Source: Patescibacteria group bacterium
Lineage (GTDB): Bacteria > Patescibacteriota > Minisyncoccia > Phycocordibacterales > UBA918
Reading direction: 5' to 3'
NCBI GenBank assembly: GCA_018608435.1
Contig: JABAZV010000006.1
Coordinates: 31,692 to 95,691 of the forward strand
DNA: 64,000 nucleotides
Under the pieces are notes generated by a model that saw only the letters and a list, made by a program, of their open reading frames with translations, was not told where the DNA came from and ran no database searches. How positions within the stretch are numbered: the stretch's first letter is position 1; each line of letters starts with the position of its first letter. The translations under genes were made by a program, and so were the position numbers. This document shows, piece after piece, positions 47,590-57,530 of the stretch.

Positions 47590-49161
47590 ATGAATAAAGA
47601 ACTAAAAGAATACGTTGAAAGTGAAATTGCTCGTGGTGTTGGCAAGCAAGAAATTAGAGACACATTACTACAACAAGGGGGTTGGACCGAAGAGGATTTT
47701 GGCGATCTGTTTGAAGATCTTGTTGTTACTGGTGAAATCAAAACAGGATTTGGTGAAGGTGATCAAATAATTACTGAAAATAAAGACGTTTATAATCCAC
47801 AGCAAGTAGCAGAATCCAAATTCAAGCCTTATCTTTTAGGTGCAATAGTTGCCGTACTACTTTTCGCTCTAGCTGGCGGAGTCTTTTTTGTCAAGCAACA
47901 GAAAAATTCGTCCGGTTTAATGGAAAATGGTTCTCCAGAATACATGGAAAACAAGAAGGGGATTGATGCTCTGAATGAAGAATGGAGTAAACTTGAAGCT
48001 GAACTTAGAGCAGATGGTAAATCTGATGAGGAGATAAAGCTTTACAAATCCGATTATTTTGAATTTATTGCAACTGCTTTGCTTTTAGACATTAAACTGA
48101 ATACAGCACTGACAGATTCTGAGAAGGATAATTTGCTAGGTCATGTTGAAGAAATAGTTGATGCCGATGTTATTACTAAGCCTGACAGAGGTTGTAAATA
48201 TTCTGAAGAGATATTACCAGTGGAAGATTTTTTTGAGGGAGCGGTTATCAAATTCTCAAACCCAATGCTTTATATCACTGATCCTGACGATCAAGAAAAA
48301 TGCTCACCTATAATGAAGCAGAAAGACTATGAGTTATATTCTGCTGATTCTTGGAACAGTATTATATTTGACAAGTCTGAAATCAAAGAGCTTCCCATAG
48401 ATGAAGGTACTACTTTTACAGTTGAAGGTAAGATCTTGCTTGAGCTAGGTGGTCTATTTGATGACGAGACAGTGCGTTATGTACTTCGCGACAGTAAGGG
48501 CAATCTTTCCGTGCCATCTTTCTTTATCTTTGATATGGCTAGGTCAGACGACAAGTCTAGTTCTTATTTGTACAAAGACGACGAACAGGTTGGTCATTTG
48601 GTGCAAGATATTCGCGGTAGCGTTGTATGGCTTGAAGAAAATGGTGTTCCTGAGGAGGTGGTTGAATCGTATGATCTTCAACGACCTTCAAGTTTTGAAA
48701 GTCCGCTACTTAAAAGAGGGGAATTTTTGCGCAGATTAATGTTTGCTGTTCAAGAAGATAAGTTAATCAACTATTCACAGAAAGAATTAATCGACGCTGG
48801 ATTAACAGAAAATATTTACGAAATACAAGGCAGTAAGATAGTGAATGATTACGGAGGTGCTGTAGAAGTAACGAATGACGGCACGCACGTTGCTGTAGCT
48901 TTTAGCGGCGTCCCTCGTGGCGACGATTGTTACAAATTTTACTTTATGAACGATCCTGACATATATGGTTTTAATGAAACATACATTGATGGTACTCTCA
49001 AAGAATACATTGAAAGAAGCTCACAAGGCACAAGCGCTTTTAAAGAAAAGGTTTGTTTTACTGAAAAAGATGTGCATGAAATAACTTTTAAAGGATCTGT
49101 TAGTGAAATAATTTCGCAAGCACAGTCTATTCAGCGCAGAGAAAGTAATCCTTATAGATAA
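47590..49161 (+). CDS. Membrane protein: small N-terminal helical domain, TM, extracellular region ending in a possible PilS/type IVb pilin-like domain
   Basis: YVESEIARG...IRDTLLQQGGWTEEDF; TM; C-terminal NDYGGAVEV...VAFSGVPRGDDC...IDG...C...ITF. Confidence 0.6.
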   Translation: MNKELKEYVESEIARGVGKQEIRDTLLQQGGWTEEDFGDLFEDLVVTGEIKTGFGEGDQIITENKDVYNPQQVAESKFKPYLLGAIVAVLLFALAGGVFFVKQQKNSSGLMENGSPEYMENKKGIDALNEEWSKLEAELRADGKSDEEIKLYKSDYFEFIATALLLDIKLNTALTDSEKDNLLGHVEEIVDADVITKPDRGCKYSEEILPVEDFFEGAVIKFSNPMLYITDPDDQEKCSPIMKQKDYELYSADSWNSIIFDKSEIKELPIDEGTTFTVEGKILLELGGLFDDETVRYVLRDSKGNLSVPSFFIFDMARSDDKSSSYLYKDDEQVGHLVQDIRGSVVWLEENGVPEEVVESYDLQRPSSFESPLLKRGEFLRRLMFAVQEDKLINYSQKELIDAGLTENIYEIQGSKIVNDYGGAVEVTNDGTHVAVAFSGVPRGDDCYKFYFMNDPDIYGFNETYIDGTLKEYIERSSQGTSAFKEKVCFTEKDVHEITFKGSVSEIISQAQSIQRRESNPYR

Positions 49162-49287
49162 TTGAGTGTTATTCAGATATTTTGTTATGTAAAGAATAAC
49201 AGCATTAACGGTTGTGCTTTCAACACCACTCATTGCCTGTGAATTCAGCCGCTCTTTCTTTCAATAAAAATGTAATAATGTAAGCAA

Positions 49288-50613
49288 ATGGCAAAGCCAC
49301 TAATTGTTGCGCGTGATCTTTCGATTATCTATAACCAAGGAAAATCGAATGAGTTTAAAGCCTTGTCGGATGTTAATACCGATATTTTTGAAGGTGAGTA
49401 CATCATTCTTTTTGGTCCGTCTGGATGTGGAAAATCTACCCTTATGTATTCCATTCAAGGATCTCTTCCGCCTGGAGAGGGAACACTGCTTGTAAAAGGC
49501 GATGACGTATATTCATACCCGCCAGCCGAGCGTGTTTACTTTCAGCGCCATGTGATGGGAATTATCTTCCAGCAGTTCAACCTCATTATGTCTTTGTCTG
49601 TTTTGGACAACGTCGCCTTGCCGCAAATTTTCTGTAATGGTGATAAGCAAAAACGTGAGCGTAGGGCGCAATCACTACTCGATCGCTTTGGAGTAGGGCA
49701 TGTTTCGCACAAGCTACCGGCCATGCTTTCTGGTGGTCAGCAGCAGCGTGTGTCAGTGTCCCGCTCTATGGTAAATGATCCTAAAATTCTTTTGGCCGAT
49801 GAACCTACTGGAAACCTTGACTCTGTTTCCACTCAACAAGTAATGGACAAGATCGACGAAATTAACACCTTCGACCGTCGTACTATTATTATGGTGTCCC
49901 ACAATGCGGCCCATCTTTCTTACGCTCACCGAGTATACTATCTGAAGGATGGTTATGTTCTGCGCGAAGTTGTTAATCCGCAGAGAAAGCAGATTAAGCC
50001 CGTGCGAGAAGGAGAAACGATCGTTACTGAACTTGAGCAGCTTGCTAGGCTTTATCCATACGACTCGGTGGAGACGTGGCGTGTAAAGAGTATGGTTAAC
50101 TACCTTACCCAGGATTATACCTTCAATCAAATTAATCGTATTGAACGCGCCATTAGTCTTTTCCTCCAAGGTAAGGTTGATCGACATGCTATGGTTAAAG
50201 CGCTTGTGTTGCCTTACGAGCGTGGCGGAGCAGAAGTGAAGGAAAAAGAAGCTAGACGTATGGCCAGTGTCTCTGCCAGAATGGTCGATCATTCGACAGA
50301 CATTAAGCGTTTTCGTGCACGAAAAGATAATGACAACATTTTCTTCACTCAACACAAGCTGGCTGAACGAATGTCTGATCATTTGTCACACGAATACCGC
50401 ATCAAACTATCCAAAGATCAACGCGAAAACATGACAGAAATGATTGCTGACCGTGTGACCGGAGTAGCAACTGATGTGGAGATGAATATTCGTCTTATGC
50501 GTGGCATTCGTACTGGTGGACTTGGTTTATCAGAAAGCGAAGCTGACAATATCACACGGCACTTTGAAAAAATCATCGCTCAGGGAGTAGATGTTAGTTA
50601 CAAGAAAGAGTAG
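49288..50613 (+). CDS. MacB/LolD-type ABC transporter ATP-binding protein with ~210-aa C-terminal extension
   Basis: Walker A GPSGCGKS, LSGGQQQRV, Walker B ILLADEPTGNLD, H-loop VSHN. Confidence 0.92.
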   Translation: MAKPLIVARDLSIIYNQGKSNEFKALSDVNTDIFEGEYIILFGPSGCGKSTLMYSIQGSLPPGEGTLLVKGDDVYSYPPAERVYFQRHVMGIIFQQFNLIMSLSVLDNVALPQIFCNGDKQKRERRAQSLLDRFGVGHVSHKLPAMLSGGQQQRVSVSRSMVNDPKILLADEPTGNLDSVSTQQVMDKIDEINTFDRRTIIMVSHNAAHLSYAHRVYYLKDGYVLREVVNPQRKQIKPVREGETIVTELEQLARLYPYDSVETWRVKSMVNYLTQDYTFNQINRIERAISLFLQGKVDRHAMVKALVLPYERGGAEVKEKEARRMASVSARMVDHSTDIKRFRARKDNDNIFFTQHKLAERMSDHLSHEYRIKLSKDQRENMTEMIADRVTGVATDVEMNIRLMRGIRTGGLGLSESEADNITRHFEKIIAQGVDVSYKKE

Positions 50614-50762
50614 CGCAAAATCTAGATCTTATTTGTCAGTTATTGTTTAAAGCAAAGCGTTCCTTTTGAGACCGTGGGCGTTCATTATCGACCTTTTTTA
50701 ATTATCCCTACCTCAGCCAAGTTAGGCGTAATTTTCTGCTTCAATCAGGTATAATCAACTAA

Positions 50763-51977
50763 ATGCGCATACAAGATCTTGCACAACTTTCGACTAGAAT
50801 GTTTAAAACCAACCCGCTTCGTACGTGGTTGACAATTTTAGGTATGGGTGTTGGAACTGGTGCGGTTGTAATCTTGGTGGGTCTCGGTTTTGGTCTGCAG
50901 CAGATCATCCTCGAGCAGATTGTATTCGGTGAAACATTGCTATCTCTTGGCGTTTCTTCTACTGGAGCGCAAGGCTTGCGACTTACTCCAGAAACAGTCA
51001 CAGATTTTGAGGAGAATCCGGCTGTGCTAGACGCCGCTCCCTTGGCCCGTTTTCCCGCGCTAGTAACATACAAAGGTCTGACGGGTAACGTTTTCGTACA
51101 AGGGGTAGAGCCGCCCTATTTACGCTACGCTGGTGTAACGACTTTGGCTGGAGAAGTTTTTACAGATGAAGACGCTGGTGACACAACCTCAATTATTCTT
51201 TCGCCAGCAACACTAAAATTATTTGGTATTCCCGACGAAGAAATGGAAGCTTTTATTGGCGAAAAAGTTTCTATTCGTCTTTTAGTGCCAGCTGAAGACG
51301 GTACAGACAATGTTAACGAAATCATCATTGATAAAGAATACGTCGTACGTGGTGTAAATAAAGAGGCTGGTGTTCTAAACGCCATGATGATGCTTCCAGA
51401 GCTCCGTAATTACGTTGGTATTGAAGAATACGAGCGTATACAAGTCCGTGTAGACACCAACGAAAACCTACCAATAATAGAAAACATGTTGATTGAAGAA
51501 GGGTATCGGGTAACCGCTTTGTCTAAAACTGTAGAGCAAGCCTCAAAAATCTTCCAAGGTATTCAAGCAGTGCTCGCTACTTTTGGTGGAATTGCGCTTA
51601 TTGTGTCGGCAATCGGAATGTTTAACACTATGACAGTTACGCTTTTGGAGCGAACCAAAGAGATTGGTATTATGCGCACAATCGGAGCTTCTCCAAACGA
51701 TGTTAAATACCTCTTCGTTTCTGAATCAATCGTGGTAGGTTTCTTGGGTGGCATTACAGGAATTCTGATGGGGGTAATTTTGGGTGGAGCAGTTAATCTG
51801 TTTTTGAATATACTTGCTGGCCAGTTTGGAGGACAGGCTGTGAAGCTGTTTGCTTTTCCTCTCGACTTCCTAACATTTATTGCTGTATTCTCTGCTGGGG
51901 TTGGATACCTTACGGGTATTTTCCCGGCTCGACGCGCCTCAACTTTAAACCCGCTCGACGCTATTCGTTACGAGTAG
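50763..51977 (+). CDS. MacB/FtsX-family ABC transporter permease
   Basis: RTWLTILGMGVG, extracytoplasmic domain, IGMFNTM...ERTKEIGIMRTIGA and PARRASTLNPLDAIRYE. Confidence 0.92.
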   Translation: MRIQDLAQLSTRMFKTNPLRTWLTILGMGVGTGAVVILVGLGFGLQQIILEQIVFGETLLSLGVSSTGAQGLRLTPETVTDFEENPAVLDAAPLARFPALVTYKGLTGNVFVQGVEPPYLRYAGVTTLAGEVFTDEDAGDTTSIILSPATLKLFGIPDEEMEAFIGEKVSIRLLVPAEDGTDNVNEIIIDKEYVVRGVNKEAGVLNAMMMLPELRNYVGIEEYERIQVRVDTNENLPIIENMLIEEGYRVTALSKTVEQASKIFQGIQAVLATFGGIALIVSAIGMFNTMTVTLLERTKEIGIMRTIGASPNDVKYLFVSESIVVGFLGGITGILMGVILGGAVNLFLNILAGQFGGQAVKLFAFPLDFLTFIAVFSAGVGYLTGIFPARRASTLNPLDAIRYE

Positions 51978-52165
51978 TTCTGTGTGGCAAACTATTATTG
52001 CTTTTAATGATTTCCTTAGTTCACGGGCAAAATGTGTTTATACCCCTCGACAAATAGTTTATTTAGTGTATTGTGTAGTCTCAAATCGGGTATTGTTGTA
52101 AGCAGAAGCGAAGTGTTTATACAGTCTCAGTATGGTTTGAGATTTATAACTTTTCAAAAAACAAT

Positions 52166-52378
52166 ATGCAAACAGGAACTATTGCTCGTTTAAATAACGG
52201 CTACGGATTTATTACTCGCGAAGAAGGAGAGAAAGATCTTTTCTTCCACGCTAACGGACTTGTAGGAGTTGCGTTTGACGACTTGCGAGAAAATGACAAA
52301 GTACAGTTTGAAGTAGGTGAAGGTCCAAAAGGCCCTAACGCTGTAAACGTTGCTTTGGTTGAAGAAGCTGCTGCTTAA
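52166..52378 (+). CDS. cspA: Cold-shock protein (CspA family)
   Basis: GYGFI (RNP1), DLFFH (RNP2), GPKGPNAVNV; leader hairpin tctcaaatc...ggtttgaga at 52079-52142; symbol is family-level only. Confidence 0.9.
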   Translation: MQTGTIARLNNGYGFITREEGEKDLFFHANGLVGVAFDDLRENDKVQFEVGEGPKGPNAVNVALVEEAAA

Positions 52379-52390
52379 TAAGCAAATTCT

Positions 52391-52418
52391 AAAAAAGCGC
52401 CTTACGGCGCTTTTTTGT
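52391..52418 (+). terminator. Intrinsic terminator
   Basis: aaaaaagcgcc-ttac-ggcgctttttt. Confidence 0.85.
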
Positions 52419-52593
52419 ATATCTGTTTACAAAATTAATGATTGCTTCAGCAGTATTGATTTTTCAAATGAAGCTGGTGTATTTTGAAATTTTGAAATAT
52501 TAGAACCATCAGTTTGTATTAATTATTACAGAGCCACTTTCTTTCTGAAGCTCTGTTCTCGAAATTTAATTTTATTTCTATAACATTTGAAAT

Positions 52594-52926
52594 ATGAAAA
52601 AACGTGAAGAAAATAATCATCTTGCAATGTTGGCTGTACCAATTGTATTGTCGATGCTGATTAATGTGTCAGGATTTTCAATGAACGGGTCAGCAATTCG
52701 GTCTAATGAACAAAATGCTCAGTCTCATAAGAGTGCAAGTGCTGACAATTCCACAGCAGAAAAGGATAGTAATAGCCAACGTATTGCAGCAATGCAAACA
52801 GCGGTAGACTCGGTTGATTACACAGCTTTTCTAAATTCAATGCAAAACACACCATTAGCTGACGTCATGACAGAAACAGCCTTCAACGAAGTGGTTAAGC
52901 GTTATCAAGCGTATTTGCTTGTTTAA
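52594..52926 (+). CDS. Hypothetical secreted/membrane protein
   Basis: Hydrophobic N-terminal segment, helical C-terminus (AVDSVDYTAF). Confidence 0.55.
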   Translation: MKKREENNHLAMLAVPIVLSMLINVSGFSMNGSAIRSNEQNAQSHKSASADNSTAEKDSNSQRIAAMQTAVDSVDYTAFLNSMQNTPLADVMTETAFNEVVKRYQAYLLV

Positions 52927-53042
52927 ATAGATGTTCTTGCTGCAACTGTGAAGCACATAAAACATTAAACATTTTTGTTCTAAGATAATTTTAAAGTATT
53001 TTGCTTATTGATTGTGTTATTATTCATTTCAATTAATAAGCA

Positions 53043-53113
53043 GGGCCTATAGTATAACGGTAGAACATATCCATGGCATGGATAGGGTCCGGGTTCGATT
53101 CCCGGTAGGTCCA
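53043..53113 (+). tRNA. tRNA-Ala (GGC), CCA not encoded
   Basis: Acceptor stem GGGCCTA/TAGGTCC with the G3:U70 Ala identity pair, anticodon arm tatcc-atGGCat-ggata, T-arm ccggg-TTCGATT-cccgg, discriminator A followed by CAA. Confidence 0.93.
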
Positions 53114-53203
53114 CAACTTAAGCCACCACTCTATTGAGCAGTGTCTTTTGTTTCTAGAGATGAGTCTAAATCAAATTATGCTAAGAAACGAAAGATTATA
53201 AAA

Positions 53204-53584
53204 TTACGATTTATCCCAGTTGAGGTCTGTACAATCGACAAATAATACTGTATATTCCTGCTTAGTTTGTACATTCTGTAAAGACAAAAGGAGAGAGTAG
53301 TGAGATTCATTATAATAAACGGTACCAAGGTCAGAGATGGTGACTTGGTCGAGATGCAGGTGACAGTACCTGTGTTTTTTGGTCAAGGATCTAGAGTTAT
53401 TAAAGTCACCTCGGCCTTCTTGGGTGTTGGCGAAGGAAACAGTGAAGAAGTAAATTTGTTTTTTGTCGACAAAGCAAGAGATTGTCTTTATATTAGTTTT
53501 TTCATCAGTCAGATAAAAAGTATTCAGGTGGTCGAAGAAGCGAAAGACGCCGTTCTCCGGAATACAGGTGGAGATTTTGGTCAT
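53204..53584 (-). CDS. Hypothetical protein (uncertain; overlaps an antisense ORF)
   Basis: 126-aa ATG-initiated ORF with no recognisable motif. Confidence 0.35.
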   Translation of the reverse strand: MTKISTCIPENGVFRFFDHLNTFYLTDEKTNIKTISCFVDKKQIYFFTVSFANTQEGRGDFNNSRSLTKKHRYCHLHLDQVTISDLGTVYYNESHYSLLLSLQNVQTKQEYTVLFVDCTDLNWDKS

Positions 53585-53815
53585 GGTTCCGCGGTTTGTT
53601 ATGAGAGCGAAGGTTACTTTGTTAATTGTGGCTATTAGCTGCGTATGATGGGACTGTGTCTGTTTTTCTTCCGAGTAAAAATATTTCTAAGACACTAAGT
53701 CTGTCACAAGTTTATTCTTGTATAGAATAGATCACTCATGAATGATGATATGATTTAACTTTCGCGCAGCTTGCTGCGCGTTTTTTTTGATCAATAAAAC
53801 TTCAGTTATAAAATA

Positions 53816-53843
53816 TTGACAAGTAGTACAAATAATGTATAAT
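53816..53843 (+). promoter_or_regulatory. Consensus sigma-70 promoter
   Basis: TTGACA-16 nt-TATAAT, followed by a GGAGGT SD and ATG at 53871. Confidence 0.7.
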
Positions 53844-53870
53844 TTGTTTAGTTTAAACGGAGGTACATTT

Positions 53871-54182
53871 ATGTACAAGTTTGTTTTATTGGTCAGAGTT
53901 CTTAAAAATTTTGCCTATTTCAATTTGGCAAAAGCCGATTTCAAATATCCTGAGGAATTTAAGATCGTTAAAACGTTTTCTTCTGAAGACCATCCAGACA
54001 CAGTTGTTGAGACTGTCAGTGAAAAGATGGAGAATTACGATAAAAATCTCATGTGTCTTTTGTTACAATCAGCACCAGAGCCAGTTGATTGTACATATGA
54101 AGACGCTAGCCTTTCGAGAGATTTAATGAAATCTATCGAAACGGCTGTGGCGAGGCGTCGAAAGCAGCATAAGGCTACTTAA
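53871..54182 (+). CDS. Hypothetical protein
   Basis: Promoter, SD and downstream terminator flank the ORF. Confidence 0.6.
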   Translation: MYKFVLLVRVLKNFAYFNLAKADFKYPEEFKIVKTFSSEDHPDTVVETVSEKMENYDKNLMCLLLQSAPEPVDCTYEDASLSRDLMKSIETAVARRRKQHKAT

Positions 54183-54187
54183 GCAAA

Positions 54188-54230
54188 CAGACCTACGACA
54201 ATTCAATTGTCGTAGGTCTGATTTTATTTT
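54188..54230. terminator. Bidirectional terminator between convergent genes
   Basis: cagacctacgacaatt-c-aattgtcgtaggtctg followed by a T-rich tract. Confidence 0.8.
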
Positions 54231-54260
54231 CTTATTTATCCTCTTGTCTTCTGCTCAGTT

Positions 54261-57200
54261 TTATTTTTCAATTTTGCCGGGATTACGAACGTACAAGATA
54301 GGAATAAGGAGCAGGGTAATGATGACAGAGAAAACTAAGCCAAACATAACTGCATAGGCAAGTGGCGCCCACAGATCGCCAGCGTAAGCTAGCGGTAGCA
54401 TTCCGAACACGGTTGTGATGGTGGTAAGCAGAATCGGACGAATACGATTTCCAGCTGCTTCAAGCACGATTCCTTCGATGCTTTGCTGTGGGTTTTTAAG
54501 ACGCAAGTTATTCATCATGTCGATGAGCAAAATGGAGTTGTTTACCACGATTCCAGAAAGAGCAATAAAGCCCATGATGGAAGGGAAGGAGAGTGGATTA
54601 GAAGTAACTGCGAGACCTAGCATGATACCAATCAAAGAATACGGCAAGATCGACAAGACATAACGCATATGCAGATAAGAGTTGAATTGCAGAACCAAGA
54701 TTCCAACCATGAGTAGAATTCCAACTACAAGTGCTAGTCCCATTTCAATGAAGGCTTTGTTTGATTCGTCAGTTTCTCCACCACCAGTGCTAAGTTCGAC
54801 ACTGTCTGACATGCTTAGCTCGGCGTTAATTCTTTCTATGGCAAGAGCTTGTAGCTCTCGTGCGTTGGCGCCGTTTGTTATGTCGGCAGTGATGGTTACA
54901 ACCCGTTTTCCTTCTTCGTGATAAATAACAGAGCTTGATTCACGCAGTTTTACTGTCACCAAGTTTGAGAGGGCAATAGAGCCGTCTCTGGTTGGAATAC
55001 TGATGTTTTCCAATGCATCAATCGTAGTAACGTTGGCAGTTTCGTTGGTGACGCTGTCAGAGTTGTTTACGTTTAGTCTTACTATCACTGGAATATCTTC
55101 GTCGAGAGTAGTGAGAGAAGTGGCTTCGCTACCAAACACAGCAGCCCGAGCAAGTTGTGAAATAGTGAAAGGATTCAATCCGAGTGCTGTTGCTTTGTCG
55201 CGATCAAGCTCGAGGACAAACTCAGTGCTGTTGTTGTTTGTACTAGTTTCAACGTTAATAGCATCAGGCAAAGAGCGGAAGATGCGTGCTGATTCGTTGG
55301 CAAGACGAGTGAGTTCGTCTAGATCGTCTCCCAAGAATTTTACGATTATCGCGGCACCAGTTGGCGGCCCGTCGCTTGGTTGGCTGACTGTGACCTTTAA
55401 GTCAGTCAGTGGCTGAAATCTTTCGCGCAAGCTGTCGACGACTTCGCCTGAAGTGCTGTCTCGATCAAGTGAAAGATTAACAAACACATTGGCAAACTTT
55501 TCTCCCGAACCACCTGATCCAAAGTCGCTTCCGCTACCTACAGTGACAGCAAACGAATCAATGTCTGATTCTTCGTAGAGAAAATCTTCTACGCGGCGAA
55601 TGGCGATGTCTGTTACTTCTTTAGTTGTGCCTTCTGGCTTTTCCAGTTCGACAATGATGAAGTCTACATCGCTTTGCTCAAAGAATGTTACAGCAACAGG
55701 ACTGTAAACAGGGAAGATTATACCAACAATAAAGAAACAAATTCCAATCGTTAAAATAAAGCTAACTGCAACCGAAAGACGTTTGGCAAATGCGGTCCAA
55801 AAGCCAGTTGCTTTCCATTTAGAAAATAGCAGCGACAGTTGGTATACCAGAGGAGCTGCAACTAATCCGGCAAAGACATTTACCGTAAGAGAAATTGCTA
55901 GTACAAGAGCGGCTGCCAAGAAGGCGAGGAAAACGTTTTGTTTTCGCTCGCTTGTCATGTATGGAGTAAGCCTGGCTCGATACCATGTTTCTAGCTTGTG
56001 AGCGAAAGCAACTTGTCTTTCTTCAAGCTTGGAAGTTGATTTCCGTCTTAAGAACACCGATGCGATCAAAGGAATGATAGCGAGTGAGACAAACAAAGAC
56101 GCAAACAAAAGGAAGATGAGCGTAAAAGGAATAGAAGCAATGAATTGTCCGATTACTCCAGATACGATAAACAGCCCAGCAAACATTGACACAGTTGTAA
56201 GTGTTCCAGAGATAAGCGGGGCAGAGAACTCATGAATCGCTTCAATTGCTGCTTGCTTCTTGTCGATATTTACATCATCTTTCATTTTGCGGTTGATGCC
56301 TTCAACCATCACGATGGCAGAGTCCACCAAAATTCCGATTCCCAGAATAAGAGAGAAAAGACTGAGGAAGTTGATCGTGTTGCCGGAAAAATATAGACCA
56401 ATAAAACCGAACAAAAAGGAAAGAGGAATAGCCGCACCAGCTAAAAGACCTTCGCGCCAACCAATTGCAACGATAAGCAAAAGTACCACAAGTATGATTG
56501 TTTGTAGTCCAGAAGAAGAAAGTCGCACAAGATCCTTTTTAATTTGGTCGCCAGAGTCGAGTACGATTGCGGTTGTTATGCCGTCGAGCATTGCTCCTTT
56601 TTCGCTTAGTTCTGTTATTTTACTATTAACAGCCGAAGTAATGCGAGTGATGTCTCCTCCAGATTGCTTGTAGACATTTAGCGTGATGGAGTTTTGAGAA
56701 GGTTTTCCTTCGACACTAAGCCGTGATAAAGACGCTCCTGTAGCAAGTCCGTCTTCTACGATTGCGATATCACGGATGAAAACTGGCTGACCGCCGCGGG
56801 CAGCAATACTTACATTCGCGATTTCGCTAGAGTCTGTAATGTCTCCTTCAAATGCTACGTTATAAGAAATTCCATCGTTTATGATTTGTCCAATTGGAAA
56901 AGTGAGGTTGGCGTTAGAGAGTCCATTTATCACTTCATTTAAAGTCATGTCGTAGCGAGCAAGTGCTGTTTGGTCAACGATGATTGCAACTTCACGGTCG
57001 CGCACGCCAGAGAATTCAGCTCGCGATACGCCAGCAATGGTTTCAATTTCGCGCTCAACTTCATCTGCCAAAGCTGAGAATTCAAAGTCTGAAAGATTAG
57101 CTGACAGGCCAATGGTGATAATTGGCTGATCAACAAAGTTTACTTCAGAAACAGAAGCATCAGCCGCGTCAGCTGGGAGTTCGCGCTCAATTACGTCGAC

Positions 57201-57527
57201 GCTGTCTTTGAGGTCTTGGATTGAATCATCCAGATTAGCATCAGCTTCGAATTCTACGACTATACTTGAAAAACCTTCGCGCGAAGTAGAAGTAATTTTT
57301 TTAACGTTTTCTAAGCTTGTCAGACCACGTTCTATTTCATTTGTGATGAGAGATTCGACGTCGGCTGCAAGAGCGCCCGGATAAGCGACCGAAACTACAC
57401 CTACCGGAATAATAACTTCAGGTGAAGATTCGCGAGGAATACTAAGAATACTGTAAACACCTACTCCCAAAAGAGCGAGTAGAAACAGGTAGGCAAACTT
57501 GTTGTTTTTTATAAAGAAATCCCACAT
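54261..57527 (-). CDS. RND efflux transporter permease (AcrB/AcrD/AcrF family)
   Basis: IPRESSPEV, YPGA...VESLIT..IE, GILVDSAIVMVE, GIVVNNSILLID and RIRPILLTT. Confidence 0.93.
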   Translation of the reverse strand: MWDFFIKNNKFAYLFLLALLGVGVYSILSIPRESSPEVIIPVGVVSVAYPGALAADVESLITNEIERGLTSLENVKKITSTSREGFSSIVVEFEADANLDDSIQDLKDSVDVIERELPADAADASVSEVNFVDQPIITIGLSANLSDFEFSALADEVEREIETIAGVSRAEFSGVRDREVAIIVDQTALARYDMTLNEVINGLSNANLTFPIGQIINDGISYNVAFEGDITDSSEIANVSIAARGGQPVFIRDIAIVEDGLATGASLSRLSVEGKPSQNSITLNVYKQSGGDITRITSAVNSKITELSEKGAMLDGITTAIVLDSGDQIKKDLVRLSSSGLQTIILVVLLLIVAIGWREGLLAGAAIPLSFLFGFIGLYFSGNTINFLSLFSLILGIGILVDSAIVMVEGINRKMKDDVNIDKKQAAIEAIHEFSAPLISGTLTTVSMFAGLFIVSGVIGQFIASIPFTLIFLLFASLFVSLAIIPLIASVFLRRKSTSKLEERQVAFAHKLETWYRARLTPYMTSERKQNVFLAFLAAALVLAISLTVNVFAGLVAAPLVYQLSLLFSKWKATGFWTAFAKRLSVAVSFILTIGICFFIVGIIFPVYSPVAVTFFEQSDVDFIIVELEKPEGTTKEVTDIAIRRVEDFLYEESDIDSFAVTVGSGSDFGSGGSGEKFANVFVNLSLDRDSTSGEVVDSLRERFQPLTDLKVTVSQPSDGPPTGAAIIVKFLGDDLDELTRLANESARIFRSLPDAINVETSTNNNSTEFVLELDRDKATALGLNPFTISQLARAAVFGSEATSLTTLDEDIPVIVRLNVNNSDSVTNETANVTTIDALENISIPTRDGSIALSNLVTVKLRESSSVIYHEEGKRVVTITADITNGANARELQALAIERINAELSMSDSVELSTGGGETDESNKAFIEMGLALVVGILLMVGILVLQFNSYLHMRYVLSILPYSLIGIMLGLAVTSNPLSFPSIMGFIALSGIVVNNSILLIDMMNNLRLKNPQQSIEGIVLEAAGNRIRPILLTTITTVFGMLPLAYAGDLWAPLAYAVMFGLVFSVIITLLLIPILYVRNPGKIEK

Positions 57528-57530
57528 AGA

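Noticed and set aside
53043-54230. tRNA-anchored genomic island
   Set aside because: Orphan ORFs follow the tRNA, but no integrase or duplicated tRNA 3' end was seen.
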